This document shows, in pieces, positions 63,530-64,000 of a stretch of DNA of 64,000 bases. The stretch is from Eledone cirrhosa (taxonomy: Eukaryota), in contig OZ024742.1 in assembly GCA_964016885.1 (NCBI GenBank), forward strand, positions 84,506,001 to 84,570,000. The letters run 5' to 3'. Numbering within the stretch: position 1 is the first letter of the stretch; every line of letters begins with the position of its first letter. The notes below the pieces were generated by a model. It saw only the letters and a program-made list of their open reading frames with translations, did no database searches and was not told the DNA's origin. The translations under genes were made by a program, and so were the position numbers.

Positions 63530-64000
63530 ATTGTCACTGCCTCCAACGCTCTCACTCTCCTCATCTCTCACTGTGATAAGCAAATGTAGGCCCACGCACT
63601 GGCCATACTGCATTTCTACGGAGAAAGGTGAAGGAAACACGTTGGTAGAGGTATTCAAGCTCGTAGGACTCACACCTGTGGGTAGCCAATTGCATACCTA
63701 GGGCCAAGGACAACAAAGGTATCCACTGCTAGAGGCTCTCCCTCACATCTGTCGGAGAGTGTCTGATATTTGGAGTGTACACCCTCCTCGGTCGCATTTC
63801 AGCAGAGCTTAAACCTAATCCTAAACATAAACACCGAGTCCACCACGCTGACCGCGGCCCAGAAATCACCCTCACTTAATTTGGCATTTACGTGGTCGTG
63901 TAAATGCTTTGTGCTGGATTCAGGCGTGGATGATTGAGCGCAGCTGAAAGCAGAGGTTTGGCGTTCATGGGGACACTTGGATGGGCTCTTGCCGAAAGGA
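63530..64000 (-). mobile_element. Probable RTE LINE 3' fragment
   Basis: GC-richer block; minus translation QLSEG..GRGQRGG resembles the RTE C-terminal region. Confidence 0.45.

Overview
AT-rich eukaryotic (animal) DNA, dense in microsatellites and made almost entirely of repeats. No host gene can be called with confidence. The SINE set and the (TA)n/(CA)n load resemble a coleoid cephalopod such as Octopus, which is inference only. (1) 1-23.7 kb is one (TTA/TAA)n microsatellite split by eight head-to-tail non-LTR retrotransposons: six R4/Dong-type RLE elements of two families, all on the minus strand and one with an intact 1130-aa ORF, plus two Tx1/L1-type APE elements on the plus strand. (2) A second array at 58.0-62.7 kb holds a near-identical intact Dong ORF. 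(3) 24-58 kb is a field of old fragments (RTE, mariner, Helitron, SINEs, a solo LTR). It also holds small fold-back elements in (TA)n tracts that carry type-I hammerhead ribozyme motifs: 7 good motifs from 5 unrelated sequence families plus a variant family, typical of Penelope-like element pLTRs or retrozymes. Most notable: a candidate 51-52-nt GT-AG intron that would fuse Tx1 ORF1 to ORF2 in frame; a 5' leader module shared by two divergent Dong families and apparently by the Tx1 family; a (TTA)n-associated Tx1 family inserted opposite to Dong; and the hammerhead-bearing palindromes. All alignments and folds were done by eye.
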